A DNA stretch of 64,000 nt from an uncultured Clostridia bacterium (GCA_945868505.1 CAMBLO010000004.1:45063-109062), one strand, 5' to 3'. Shown: positions 24,962-34,485, counted from the stretch's first letter. Numbers and translations are program-made. Notes: generated from the sequence alone by a model not told the origin.

Positions 24962-26656
24962 ATGAAATATAAACGGCTCGGGGATTTATTGGTTTCCGTT
25001 GGTCTGGTAACAGAAGAACAGATTCAGGAAGCCTTAACCCTACAAAAGACAACAAAAAAACGCCTGGGCGATCAGCTGATCGCTTCCGGCTATATTACAC
25101 AAAAGCAGTTGATTGAAGCACTGCAGATGCAGTTGGGGATTGAATTTATCGATTTGAGTGATTATGAGATTCCTGCGGAGCTGGCTCGCGTTATTCCTAA
25201 AAATATCGCCAGAAAATATCAGGTTGTGCCGATTCGTTTATCAGGGGATACGTTGTTCCTTGCCATGAGTGACCCCATGAACTTTATGGCGATCGAGGAA
25301 GCCAGAACTGCTTCCCGCAAAAAAATCGTCCCTATGATTACATATAGCGACAGCATCGAGCGGGCGATTTTGAATCTTTATGGCAACGAGGGTGCGATGC
25401 GTGCCATCGAGGAAATGAAGCGGGAAATCGGTGATGAGGATATCCCCGTGGCGGGGGTGGCATTTCGGACGAATGCCATCGATACAGATGCCCAGTCTGC
25501 ACCCACCATCCGTCTGGTAAACAGTATCATCGAACGAGCAGTCACTCTTCGTGCCTCTGATATCCATATCGAACCCATGCAGGATATTTTGCATGTGCGG
25601 ATGCGAATCGATGGGCTGATGCGCAGCATTATGAAGATTCCCAAGAATCTGCAAAATGCGGTCATTTCCCGCCTAAAAATTATGGGCGGCATGGATATTG
25701 CCGAGCATCGTGTCCCTTTGGATGGCAGAAGCGAGGTGCAGGTGAGAGATTTGAACATCGACCTGCGTATCTCCACTCTGCCCACAGTATACGGCGAAAA
25801 GGTGGTTGTCCGTTTACTGGACAAATCCTCCCAAAGGCTGGATAAGGAAAAAATCGGCCTGACGGGGGACGATCTGCGGAAATATAACGCACTCTTGGCT
25901 CACCATTCCGGTGTGGTGCTGATTGTAGGCCCCACAGGTTCCGGTAAATCCTCCACCATGTATACCATGATTGGGGAACTGAACAAAGAAGAAGTCAATC
26001 TAGTTACTTTAGAGGATCCTGTGGAATATAATATCGAAGGTGTCAATCAGGTGCAGATCAATGAAAAGGCGGGCATGACCTTTGCCAACGGTCTGCGTGC
26101 CATCCTGCGTCAGGACCCTGATATCATTGCCGTGGGGGAAATTCGAGACGGCGAAACGGCGGAAATTGCCATGCGTGCCGCTTTGACAGGTCATCTGGTG
26201 CTTTCTACCGTGCATACCAACGATGCCATTTCCACTTTGGACAGATTGGAAAACATCGGCGTAGATGAATACCTGACGGTTTCCGCGCTGAAGGGCATCA
26301 TTTCTCAGCGATTGGTGCGGCGTATCTGCCCCCATTGCAAGGAGGAATATGTTCCCTCCGGTGAGGAACTGGAATTCATGGGTATGGAAGGGGAAAAGGA
26401 CGTACACTTTTTCCATGGAAAGGGCTGTCCCCGCTGCTTCAACACAGGATATTCGGGGCGAACAGCCGTATTTGAAATTCTGACTATGAACCGCAGACTG
26501 CGGACAGCTTTGATGCAAAAGGTGGATCGGGATGAATTCCTTCGTCTGGTGCAGCAGGGGGATTTCACTTCCATTTTTGAAAACGGCAGAAGGCTGGTAC
26601 GAAATGGGGAAACTACGGTGGAGGAAATCCGTCGTTGTCTGAATACTGAGGATTGA
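24962..26656 (+). CDS. pilB: Type IV pilus assembly (extension) ATPase PilB (GspE family)
   Basis: It has the T2SSE_N-like N-domain (LGDLLVSVGLVTEEQIQEAL...), the Walker A GPTGSGKSST, the Asp box, the Walker B (ILRQDPDIIAVGEIRD), the His box (GHLVLSTVHTND) and the tetracysteine motif (CPHC...CPRC). Confidence 0.92.
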   Translation: MKYKRLGDLLVSVGLVTEEQIQEALTLQKTTKKRLGDQLIASGYITQKQLIEALQMQLGIEFIDLSDYEIPAELARVIPKNIARKYQVVPIRLSGDTLFLAMSDPMNFMAIEEARTASRKKIVPMITYSDSIERAILNLYGNEGAMRAIEEMKREIGDEDIPVAGVAFRTNAIDTDAQSAPTIRLVNSIIERAVTLRASDIHIEPMQDILHVRMRIDGLMRSIMKIPKNLQNAVISRLKIMGGMDIAEHRVPLDGRSEVQVRDLNIDLRISTLPTVYGEKVVVRLLDKSSQRLDKEKIGLTGDDLRKYNALLAHHSGVVLIVGPTGSGKSSTMYTMIGELNKEEVNLVTLEDPVEYNIEGVNQVQINEKAGMTFANGLRAILRQDPDIIAVGEIRDGETAEIAMRAALTGHLVLSTVHTNDAISTLDRLENIGVDEYLTVSALKGIISQRLVRRICPHCKEEYVPSGEELEFMGMEGEKDVHFFHGKGCPRCFNTGYSGRTAVFEILTMNRRLRTALMQKVDRDEFLRLVQQGDFTSIFENGRRLVRNGETTVEEIRRCLNTED

Positions 26657-26671
26657 TAAGGGAGGAACCCT

Positions 26672-27727
26672 ATGAAGCATACCATTTGGGATTGGATACG
26701 GTTAGGAAAGGAGCAAAACGGCTCCGATGTGCATATCATCAGCGGCTTGCCGCCGAAATGCCGTGTGGATGGCGATATCGTTTCTCTGGGGGAGGAAGTG
26801 CTTTCTGCAGAGGAATGTGCCGCTTATGCGGAGGAATTGGCAGGGGAGGCTTATCCCGCTGTTGCCAAAACAGGCGAGTGGGATGGTGCCACAGAGGTGG
26901 ATGGCACCCGCTGCCGTATCAATATTTTCCATCAGCGCAACGGCATCAGTATCGTCATCCGTTTGTTGCGGGGCGTGATTCCCAATTTGGCGGAGCTTTC
27001 TTTGCCTCCGGCGGTCAGCGAACTGCCCAATTTGAAAACGGGTATCGTTCTGGTAACAGGGGTAACGGGTTCCGGGAAATCCACGACCCTTGCCGCCATT
27101 TTGGATACCATCAACCATACAAGAAAAGCCCATGTGCTGACGTTGGAGGACCCCGTGGAATACGTCTACACCCCCGACCAGTGCATTTTCAACCAAAGAG
27201 AAGTGGGGCGGGATACGGAAAGCTATGCATCTGGTCTGCATACGGCCCTGCGGGAAGACCCTGACGTAATCCTAATCGGCGAAATGCGAGATTTGGATAC
27301 CATCCGTATCGCCCTGACGGCGGCGGAAACGGGGCATCTGGTCTTTGCAACCCTCCATTCCGGCTCTGCGGCTGATGCAGTAGACCGTATTGTGGATGTT
27401 TTCCCGGAAGGGGAGAAAAAGCAGGTTCGCATCCAGTTGGCAGGCACCCTGCAGGCTGTGGTATCACAGAAGCTGCTGCCGAAGCTGGGCGGTGGCGGCA
27501 GAGTGGTCGCCTGCGAAATCATGATGGTGACACCTGCCATCCGCAACTTGATTCGGGAGGGCAAATCTGCCCAGATTGCCAGCTCTATCCTGACTTCTGC
27601 ATCGGAGGGCAGCATTACCATGGACGCAAGCCTGGTGAAGCTGGTGAAGGAGAGGAAAATTTCTGCCCAGACCGCGCGGGAAAACGCTGTGGATGGGGAT
27701 TATGTGAAAAAGCATACATTGTTCTGA
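26672..27727 (+). CDS. pilT: Twitching-motility (retraction) ATPase PilT
   Basis: The protein is 351 aa with Walker A GVTGSGKSTT, LREDPDVILIGEMRD, GHLVFATLHSGSA and the AIRNLIREGK motif. It lacks the GspE N-domain and the Cys motif. Confidence 0.9.
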   Translation: MKHTIWDWIRLGKEQNGSDVHIISGLPPKCRVDGDIVSLGEEVLSAEECAAYAEELAGEAYPAVAKTGEWDGATEVDGTRCRINIFHQRNGISIVIRLLRGVIPNLAELSLPPAVSELPNLKTGIVLVTGVTGSGKSTTLAAILDTINHTRKAHVLTLEDPVEYVYTPDQCIFNQREVGRDTESYASGLHTALREDPDVILIGEMRDLDTIRIALTAAETGHLVFATLHSGSAADAVDRIVDVFPEGEKKQVRIQLAGTLQAVVSQKLLPKLGGGGRVVACEIMMVTPAIRNLIREGKSAQIASSILTSASEGSITMDASLVKLVKERKISAQTARENAVDGDYVKKHTLF

Positions 27728-27751
27728 GATTGATAAGGGAGGTGGGTTTCC

Positions 27752-28960
27752 TTGCAAACTTACCGATATCGGGCCATTTCCAAGCAGGGGGCAAAGGTCA
27801 ACGGCGTAGTGGAAGCCCAGAATGAATATGATGCAGTGAACCGTATCAAGGAGCATTGCGATATCGTGACGGATATCCGTCAGGTGCAGGAAAAAAGCGG
27901 TCTGCTGACCAAAGAGGTGGGGGCGAAAAAGCCCAAGGCCAAGGCACTGAGCCTGATGTGCTCCCAATTTTCGGTGTTGCTGCAATCGGGGCTGAATATC
28001 CGACGGGTGGTGGAGACTGTTGCAGGGCAGACCACCGATAAAAAGCTGAAAAAAGTCCTCTCAAAAGTGGCGGAGGATGTGGGCAGCGGCTATTCCTTGG
28101 CAGGTTCCATGGAAAATCAGGGAGATTATTTCCCTGTTGCCCTCATAGAAACCGTCCGTGCGGGGGAGGAATCCGGTGCCTTAGAACGCTCCTTTGAACG
28201 GCTGACGACCTATTATGAAAACAGCTATAAAACGAGAGCAAAGGTCACTAATGCGCTGACCTATCCTATATTTGTACTTTTGGTGGCAACGGTGGTTATG
28301 ATTATCATGATGGCGAAGGTTATCCCGACCTTTTTGGGCATCTTCGGCGATTTGGGGGCGGAATTGCCCTTATGCACTGTAATGCTCATCAAAATGTCTC
28401 ATTTCTTTCAGAAAACATGGCTCCTTTGGCTGGCACTCATCGCCGGGGGCATTCTGTTTTGGCGGATTTATTGTAAATCGGAGCAGGGGGCTGTGCGGTT
28501 TTCTATCCTTGCCTTGCGGCTTCCCGTTTTGGGGAACATCAACCGCATGAATGGGGCGAGCCAGTTTGCCAATACCATGTCCACCCTGCTGGCAGCGGGG
28601 CTGGGTGTTGGCAGAGCCTTGAATATCACTGCTCGTGTGTTGGATAACCGATACCTGAGCAAATGCACCGACCGCTTTATCATGGGCGTAGAAGCCGGCA
28701 AACGGCTGGGTGACTGTATGGAAGAGGCGGAATGTTATCCCCGTTTGTTGGCGGAAATGACCGCCGTGGGGGAGGAAACCGGTACGCTGGAGGAGACCCT
28801 GACGAAAATCGGTCGTTATTTCGATGGCGAGGTGGAAACAGCCACCACAAAAGCCATTGCCCTGTTGGAGCCAACCTTGTTAGTGGTGACGGCACTCATC
28901 GCCGGGTTCATCGTCATTTCTCTGTATCTGCCGATGTTCTCCATGTATGGTGCCATGTAA
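27752..28960 (+). CDS. pilC: Type IV pilus platform protein PilC (GspF family)
   Basis: The N-terminus is MQTYRYRAISKQGAKVNGVVEA. Two T2SSF repeats are each followed by TM segments. The start is TTG at 27752, after AGGGAGGTGGG. Confidence 0.9.
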   Translation: MQTYRYRAISKQGAKVNGVVEAQNEYDAVNRIKEHCDIVTDIRQVQEKSGLLTKEVGAKKPKAKALSLMCSQFSVLLQSGLNIRRVVETVAGQTTDKKLKKVLSKVAEDVGSGYSLAGSMENQGDYFPVALIETVRAGEESGALERSFERLTTYYENSYKTRAKVTNALTYPIFVLLVATVVMIIMMAKVIPTFLGIFGDLGAELPLCTVMLIKMSHFFQKTWLLWLALIAGGILFWRIYCKSEQGAVRFSILALRLPVLGNINRMNGASQFANTMSTLLAAGLGVGRALNITARVLDNRYLSKCTDRFIMGVEAGKRLGDCMEEAECYPRLLAEMTAVGEETGTLEETLTKIGRYFDGEVETATTKAIALLEPTLLVVTALIAGFIVISLYLPMFSMYGAM

Positions 28961-29099
28961 AAACGTGGTGCTATGTAAACAAAATTGATGTAGCATCCCT
29001 ATCCCCTGACCAACCATGGGAGATGGCGGAATTACATATTTAAACTTAAAAAACAAACACCGAAAGGTATAAATAACAAAGAGAAGGGAGTTTTATGAT

Positions 29100-29492
29100 A
29101 TGATGAAATTGAAAAACCGTAAAGGTTTCACACTGGCGGAGTTGCTGATTGTTGTAGCAATCATTGGTGTACTGGTAGCAATCTCCATCCCTGTTTTTAC
29201 TGGACAGTTAACAAAGTCGCGTCAAGCTACAAACGAGGCAAATGCACGTGCTGCAAAAGCTGCCACAGTAGTCTGGTACTTAGAACAGAATGCGACACCT
29301 GCAGGAGATATAACAAAAGTGTACATCTGCAAAGATGGTACAATTACTGAGGGAGATCCACTTACTACTGCGACGGTTTCTGCTGCTGATTCCGGCGATC
29401 AGTCAAAATACCCTGGTACAGCTGTCTATGAAAAAGTATCTGTTACAATCGACACTGATGGCGTTGTAAAAAGCTATGGATTTGGTAACTAA
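29100..29492 (+). CDS. pilA: Type IV major pilin
   Basis: The N-terminus is MMKLKNRKG|FTLAELLIVVAIIGVLVAISIPVFTGQL, a textbook prepilin leader and alpha-1 helix. The protein is 130 aa. An SD (AAGGGAG) is present. Confidence 0.9.
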   Translation: MMKLKNRKGFTLAELLIVVAIIGVLVAISIPVFTGQLTKSRQATNEANARAAKAATVVWYLEQNATPAGDITKVYICKDGTITEGDPLTTATVSAADSGDQSKYPGTAVYEKVSVTIDTDGVVKSYGFGN

Positions 29493-29667
29493 GAGATAAG
29501 GACGGGGGACGGTTCTCTGTCCCAATCTTAACAACATAATTCAAATGCCAAGCATCCGTGAAGGCAAGGTAGTTGATAAAATCATACACGAATGAAACTG
29601 AAAGCCATCGTACTATTTTTGTATGGCTATATTTTCGGCGAGGGCTTAGGTTGGGGTCCTTGCCGGC

Positions 29668-29719
29668 TATTGCTTTCCCCAAGGGGCTGTCTGCGGACAG
29701 CCCTTTGCAGAAAGCAATA
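29668..29719 (+). promoter_or_regulatory. Nested stem-loop between pilA and the next pilin gene (possible partial terminator or processing site)
   Basis: The outer arms tattgctttc (29668-77) and gaaagcaata (29710-19) are exact complements. The inner arms gggctgtc (29684-91) and gacagccc (29696-703) are also exact, with a tgcg loop and ttt after the inner stem. The SD GGGAAGGAGG follows directly. Confidence 0.55.
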
Positions 29720-29739
29720 CAGGGAAGGAGGCTTGCGGG

Positions 29740-30165
29740 ATGGAAAAGAAAATCAAAGAAAAGCTATGCCGCAGGCAGGGGCTTTCCACAGTGGAGTTGC
29801 TGTGCATTTTCGGTATGGTGGCGGCTTTGATTTTGGTGATTTTCACGGGGGCGCAAATCTACGCCAGAAAATCCGCCACGGGCAACGACCGCCTTGCTAT
29901 GGAAACGGCAAAAAGCATAGCGACTACCAATTTGCATACAGGGGGTATTTTTTCCGATGGCTCATCGGCAGAACTGCCCCAAAGGGGCTATTTCGACCCC
30001 GTCTATCATACCATCGTGGCAAACTGCCCCGAGGGGTATAATGATGGCTCTGTTGTCACCTCCGATGACGGTACATTGTATACGGGCGCACCGGATACCT
30101 TGGTTATCTGCGTGGAATATGACGGAGAAGGACTGCGGCTTTTCTGGGCAGAGGAAAAGAAATAG
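29740..30165 (+). CDS. Pilin-like protein (prepilin-type leader)
   Basis: The N-terminus is MEKKIKEKLCRRQG|LSTVELLCIFGMVAALILVIFTG, with Gly at -1 and Glu at +5. There is a strong SD. The protein is 141 aa. Confidence 0.7.
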   Translation: MEKKIKEKLCRRQGLSTVELLCIFGMVAALILVIFTGAQIYARKSATGNDRLAMETAKSIATTNLHTGGIFSDGSSAELPQRGYFDPVYHTIVANCPEGYNDGSVVTSDDGTLYTGAPDTLVICVEYDGEGLRLFWAEEKK

Positions 30166-30176
30166 AGGAGGACGTC

Positions 30177-30947
30177 ATGATTGGGCTTTCACCCTTTTTT
30201 CTGATATATTTTTCACTGCTGGCAGTGGTGCTTGGGGCTGTTTTGGGCAGCTTCATTTGCTGTGCGGCATCCCGCTATGCTGCAGGGGAACATCCCTTTC
30301 GGGGCAGGAGCAAATGCGATGCCTGCGGGCATCTCTTGGGCGTGGGGGATTTGGTTCCTGTTTTCAGCTTTCTTGCCTTAAAGGGAAGTTGCCGCTATTG
30401 CGGCGCAAGGATACCGAAGGACTGCATTGTTTCGGAGGTGCTTTTGGCGGGGGTTTTTCTGCTTTGTCTGCTCAAGTTTGATGTGACACCGGATTTTGCA
30501 AGGGCCATGCTCCTTTGCTCCATCCTTTTGGCAATCTCCCTGATAGACCTTGCCACCTATACTATCCCCGATGGGCTGCTTTTGCTGGCGGTTGTGGTGT
30601 GGGCGGCGTTTTTGCCCTTTGGCGGCGGTCTGGTGCGAGGGCTTTTGGGCGGCTTCGGCATTGCTGTGCCGTTGCTTTTGCTGGTGCTTCTCATGGAAAA
30701 GCTCCTCCAAAAGGAGGCCATGGGTGGTGGTGATATCAAGCTGCTGTTCGTGACTGGACTTTTTCTGGGCATTGGCGGCAATTTTTTGAATTTACTGATT
30801 TCCTGCGTCTTGGGAGTGCTTTTTGCCGTCCTCGCCGGAAAGAAAAAAGATATGGCTATCCCTTTTGGCCCTGCCATCGCTGGGGGAACCGTCCTGACAC
30901 TGTTGGCGGGCGAGCCTGTTTTAGCATGGTATTTTAGTTTATTTTAA
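30177..30947 (+). CDS. pilD: Prepilin peptidase / N-methyltransferase (A24 family)
   Basis: It has the N-terminal CxxC...CxxC pair (KCDACG...CRYCGARI), catalytic Asp contexts (SLIDLATYTIPD and GGGDIKLL) and multiple TM helices. Confidence 0.9.
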   Translation: MIGLSPFFLIYFSLLAVVLGAVLGSFICCAASRYAAGEHPFRGRSKCDACGHLLGVGDLVPVFSFLALKGSCRYCGARIPKDCIVSEVLLAGVFLLCLLKFDVTPDFARAMLLCSILLAISLIDLATYTIPDGLLLLAVVVWAAFLPFGGGLVRGLLGGFGIAVPLLLLVLLMEKLLQKEAMGGGDIKLLFVTGLFLGIGGNFLNLLISCVLGVLFAVLAGKKKDMAIPFGPAIAGGTVLTLLAGEPVLAWYFSLF

Positions 30948-30970
30948 CCTAACACGGAAAGAGTGGTATT

Positions 30971-31963
30971 ATGACATCATCGATCATCGGTATTGATATC
31001 GGCACAAATGAAATAAAGCTGGTGGTGCTGGAAAAAGGCAGAATGACGGAGGCTGTGCGAGAACGCCTGCCTCGGGATTTGGTGCAGAATGGGCAGATTA
31101 CCTCCTTCGATGCGCTGGGGGAATTTATCGGTACGGTTTGCAAGGAGCATAAGCTGAGCCCGAAAAAATGCGCACTTCTGTTGCCCAATGCTTTGAACTA
31201 TGTGCGGCATATCACCATGCCTATGATGAAGGAATCCCATCTGCGGCTGAACTTGCCCTATGAATTTCACGATTTTATTCAGGATGATAAGGATAAATAT
31301 GTTTTTGACTTTGCGGTGCTGGGAACACGCACGACGGAGGACGGCGGCGAGGTTCTGGAGCTGATGGCTGCGGCGGCGAAAAAAGAAGTCATCGCAAATT
31401 ATACTTCCGCCCTGCGGATGGCGGGGAAAAAACTGGTGATGGTAAAGCCTGCTGTTATGGCCCTTGCCGACCTTCTCCCCATTCCAGAGGAAGGGGAGGA
31501 AGGGCAGGAATATTGTTTCATCAATCTGGGACATTCCTCTACAAGGGTACATATTTTCTGCGGCAGAGATTTGGTTGCCACAAAGGTCATCGAATATGGC
31601 TTACAGATGTTAGACCAAGTTGTTGCGGAGGAAAAGGGTGTGGATATCTATATTGCTTCCACCTATAAGGAAAGCAATTATGAGAATGTGCTGGAAGCGG
31701 AAAGCTGCCAGAACCTGTATCATGCCATTGCCGTTGAGATTATGAGAGCCATTAACTTTTATCGCTTCAATCATCCCGAAAGTCGGCTGTCAGATGCGTA
31801 TTTGTGCGGCGGCGGCGCAAAAATCAAGTCTTTGGCGGATATCATAGCCGAACAGACGGAGCTGACCCTGCTTTCTCCTGCATTGTTGCTGGAGGATTAT
31901 GCGATGCTGAATGATGGGGATGCCGCATTGTTTGCCTGTGCTTTGGGCACTGCCATGGAATAA
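30971..31963 (+). CDS. pilM: Type IV pilus assembly protein PilM (actin-like ATPase fold)
   Basis: The N-terminal IGIDIGTNEIKLVVLEKG and the later CGGGAKIKSLADII are typical of PilM/FtsA-like proteins. The gene lies directly upstream of pilN/pilO. Confidence 0.85.
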   Translation: MTSSIIGIDIGTNEIKLVVLEKGRMTEAVRERLPRDLVQNGQITSFDALGEFIGTVCKEHKLSPKKCALLLPNALNYVRHITMPMMKESHLRLNLPYEFHDFIQDDKDKYVFDFAVLGTRTTEDGGEVLELMAAAAKKEVIANYTSALRMAGKKLVMVKPAVMALADLLPIPEEGEEGQEYCFINLGHSSTRVHIFCGRDLVATKVIEYGLQMLDQVVAEEKGVDIYIASTYKESNYENVLEAESCQNLYHAIAVEIMRAINFYRFNHPESRLSDAYLCGGGAKIKSLADIIAEQTELTLLSPALLLEDYAMLNDGDAALFACALGTAME

Positions 31964-31975
31964 GGGAGGGCAGCC

Positions 31976-32617
31976 ATGAAGCTGAAATTAGAAAAGAAAC
32001 CTAAAAAAACGGAGAAAAAAGGAAATAAGAAGAATGATTTTTTGCAGAAGCGTACCATCAATCTGATGTATCGGGAGCGGGATGTGGCAAATGACCCTAA
32101 AGTGATTGGGCCCTTGGCTGTGCTGGTTTTGATTCTCATTTTGCTCTTTGCAAAATTTATGGTTATCGATAAAGTCAGTATGGCTATGCGGGCAGAGGCA
32201 GAGGTGGAATCCATCCACACCCAGACGGAAGCCCTGCGGCAGGAAAATGAGGCCTTTGCGGAGGTCAAGGCGGAATACAGCCGTTTTTCCAAGGCTGCCT
32301 ATAACGATGATGAGCTGGTTTTGGTCGGGGTGGATCATGTGCTGACTCTGCTGGACAGCCGTATTCTGCGTCAGGCGGATATGGAAAGCTGTGTTTATGA
32401 TGATAATGTGCTGAATGTGGAATTGAGCGGCGTGACCCTGCGAGAGGCCTCGGATATCGTTTCCCTGCTGTATCAGGATCCTTTTGTGGAGAGCGTATCG
32501 GTTTCTGCGGCATCTACCCAGGAACAGGTAGACCCCAACCAAAAGGTAGTCGCAAATATCACAGTGATGCTGTCCAACCCTCAGACAGATACAGGTGAGG
32601 AGGCGGAAGCAGAATGA
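31976..32617 (+). CDS. pilN: PilN-like pilus assembly protein (basic N-terminus, one TM helix, coiled coil)
   Basis: The assignment rests on topology (K-rich cytoplasmic head, TM helix VIGPLAVLVLILILLFAKFMVI, coiled coil) and position after pilM. There is a 4-nt overlap with the next gene. Confidence 0.65.
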   Translation: MKLKLEKKPKKTEKKGNKKNDFLQKRTINLMYRERDVANDPKVIGPLAVLVLILILLFAKFMVIDKVSMAMRAEAEVESIHTQTEALRQENEAFAEVKAEYSRFSKAAYNDDELVLVGVDHVLTLLDSRILRQADMESCVYDDNVLNVELSGVTLREASDIVSLLYQDPFVESVSVSAASTQEQVDPNQKVVANITVMLSNPQTDTGEEAEAE

Positions 32618-33186
32618 TGACACGGAGTTTTACCACAAGAGAAAAGATTTTGATGTTATGTCTGGCTGTGGTTATTTTGGCGGCGGTATACATGAAAGTC
32701 GTTTATATTGACGTATCCAATACTATGGAGCAATATCCTGCTTTGTTGGCAGAGGCGGAGGAAGAACTGTCTCTGGAGCAGCAGAAATATGGTAAGCTGC
32801 AGGCTATGCGGCGGGAACTGGATGCGGTGAAGGAAAGCGGAGCAGAATTGCAGGAGGTTCCCGATTATGATAATTCCAAGAGAATCATGGAAGAACTGAA
32901 CCAGATTCTGCGCCCCTGTAAGAATTACAGCCTGAATTTCCTGCCCTTGGAGCAGGAAGGCAATATCATCCGCAGAAAAATTGATCTGCAGTTTACCTGC
33001 TCAAATTATGGAACGGCAGAGCAGGTGGTGCGGGATATCGACGAGATGCAGTATCGTTGTCTGATTACATCCCTTTCCATGCAGGGAAGAGATACGGTTA
33101 AGACCGGAGAAGTAACTACCAGACTGGAAGCCACCTTTTTTGAGCTTTCCGAAGAGGTCATCGTCGCACAGAAAGAAACAGAATAA
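32614..33186 (+). CDS. pilO: PilO-like pilus assembly protein
   Basis: It has a single N-terminal TM helix (ILMLCLAVVILAAVYMKVV), a coiled coil and then an alpha/beta region. It is the last gene of the pil cluster. Confidence 0.6.
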   Translation: MMTRSFTTREKILMLCLAVVILAAVYMKVVYIDVSNTMEQYPALLAEAEEELSLEQQKYGKLQAMRRELDAVKESGAELQEVPDYDNSKRIMEELNQILRPCKNYSLNFLPLEQEGNIIRRKIDLQFTCSNYGTAEQVVRDIDEMQYRCLITSLSMQGRDTVKTGEVTTRLEATFFELSEEVIVAQKETE

Positions 33187-33246
33187 GGCTGAATTGGTTT
33201 TATGCAGTCTTTCGGCGTTTCGAAAAATTATGCTATAATAAAAAAT

Positions 33247-33303
33247 ATCCCCATGGGAAGTCTCCATGCCAAAAATGCAGGAATCCCATGGGGATGTTTT
33301 TTG
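33247..33303. terminator. Bidirectional terminator between pilO (+) and the convergent methyltransferase gene (-)
   Basis: atccccatggga (33247-58) and tcccatggggat (33284-95) are exact 12-bp complements. They are flanked by A-rich sequence on the left and T6 on the right. Confidence 0.7.
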
Positions 33304-33336
33304 TTATGATTTTTGTGCTGTCACAGGATATTTATC

Positions 33337-34485
33337 TCATTTTTCAGGATGCTCTTTTCTTGGAGGTCTAGGGCCTTCAAACTGATAATAATCTGTTTTG
33401 ATGCGACCGTTGAAGAGCTTTCTCTTTCTGTCTGCCTTTCTGCCGAAAAGGGATTCGAAATATTCCATGGAAGTGATGACATAGGTGGACCATGTGCTAT
33501 CTGTTTTCATGGTGGCACCCAAAGCCCGATACATATTTTCAACTTCTTTCAATTCGCCGATACGTTCCCCATAGGGTGGATTGGAAATGAGTACGCCATA
33601 TTTTCCCGGCAGAACTACATCCTGAGAGGGTTTGACTTCAAAGGTGATACAGTCGTCCACACCTGCCAGCTCCGCATTGGCTTTCGCCAGTTCAATGGCG
33701 GCGGGGTCGATATCACTGCCGTAAATTTCAGGCGTTACATCATAATCGATGGCCTGATATGCTTCTTTTCTAGCCTGTTTCCAAAGTTCTTTGCCGATAC
33801 GCTCCCATTCCTCAGAAGCAAACTTGCGGTTGATGCCGGGGGCAATATTGCGGGCGATCATGGCTGCTTCAATAGGGATTGTGCCGGAACCACAGAAGGG
33901 GTCAAGAAGGATACGGTCTTTTCGCCAGTAGCTGAGCTGGATCATGGCAGAGGCAATGGATTCCTTCAAAGGGGCATCCAGAGCATTAGCACGATAGCCC
34001 CGCATGTGCAGACCACTGCCGCTGGTATCGATAGCCAGTGTGACGATGTCTTTCAGGATACCGACCTGAATGGTATAGGATGCACCTGTTTCGTCGAACC
34101 AGTCTGTTTTATATTTTTCCTTCAGCTTTTCAACGACAGCCTTTTTTACGATGGCCTGACAGTCGGAAACGCTGAACAGGGTGGATTTTACGGATTTCCC
34201 AACAACGGTGAATTTCCCATCCTCAGGGATCCAATCGCCCCAGGGCAAGGCTTTTGTCTGGTCGAACAGTTCCGTGAAGGTCACGGCTTTGAAAGTGCCC
34301 ATTTTTATCCAGACACGTCCGGCGCATCTCAGCCACAGATTTGCCTTTACGATATCTGCTTCTGTGCCGGTGAATTCGACTTTGCCGTCGGATGTTTTGA
34401 TATTCTGAAACCCGAGAGCCTGACACTCTCTTTTGACTACAGCCTCCAAGCCAAAAGTAGTCGTTGCGATCAAATTGATGCTCAT
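33337..34485 (-). CDS. THUMP-domain class I SAM-dependent RNA methyltransferase (RlmL/YpsC-like)
   Basis: It has an N-terminal THUMP-like region, SAM motif I (LLDPFCGSGTIPIEAA) and catalytic motif IV (NPPYGERIG). The 432-aa + strand ORF over the same DNA has no motifs. Confidence 0.85.
   Translation of the reverse strand: MSINLIATTTFGLEAVVKRECQALGFQNIKTSDGKVEFTGTEADIVKANLWLRCAGRVWIKMGTFKAVTFTELFDQTKALPWGDWIPEDGKFTVVGKSVKSTLFSVSDCQAIVKKAVVEKLKEKYKTDWFDETGASYTIQVGILKDIVTLAIDTSGSGLHMRGYRANALDAPLKESIASAMIQLSYWRKDRILLDPFCGSGTIPIEAAMIARNIAPGINRKFASEEWERIGKELWKQARKEAYQAIDYDVTPEIYGSDIDPAAIELAKANAELAGVDDCITFEVKPSQDVVLPGKYGVLISNPPYGERIGELKEVENMYRALGATMKTDSTWSTYVITSMEYFESLFGRKADRKRKLFNGRIKTDYYQFEGPRPPRKEHPEK

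Noticed and set aside
28961-29099. A possible c-di-GMP (or other) riboswitch upstream of pilA or of the giant gene (16441-16624).
   Set aside because: I could not recognise the conserved cores of GEMM-I or c-di-GMP-II by eye. The regions are short and AT-rich. A cmscan run is needed to settle this.
29573-30041. ORF-track ORFs of 85 and 149 aa that start in the pilA-downstream spacer and overlap the 29740 pilin gene.
   Set aside because: They have no SD, and their translations are Arg/Gly-rich. The overlapping frame from 29740 has a strong SD and a prepilin leader, and the region is better explained by RNA hairpins.
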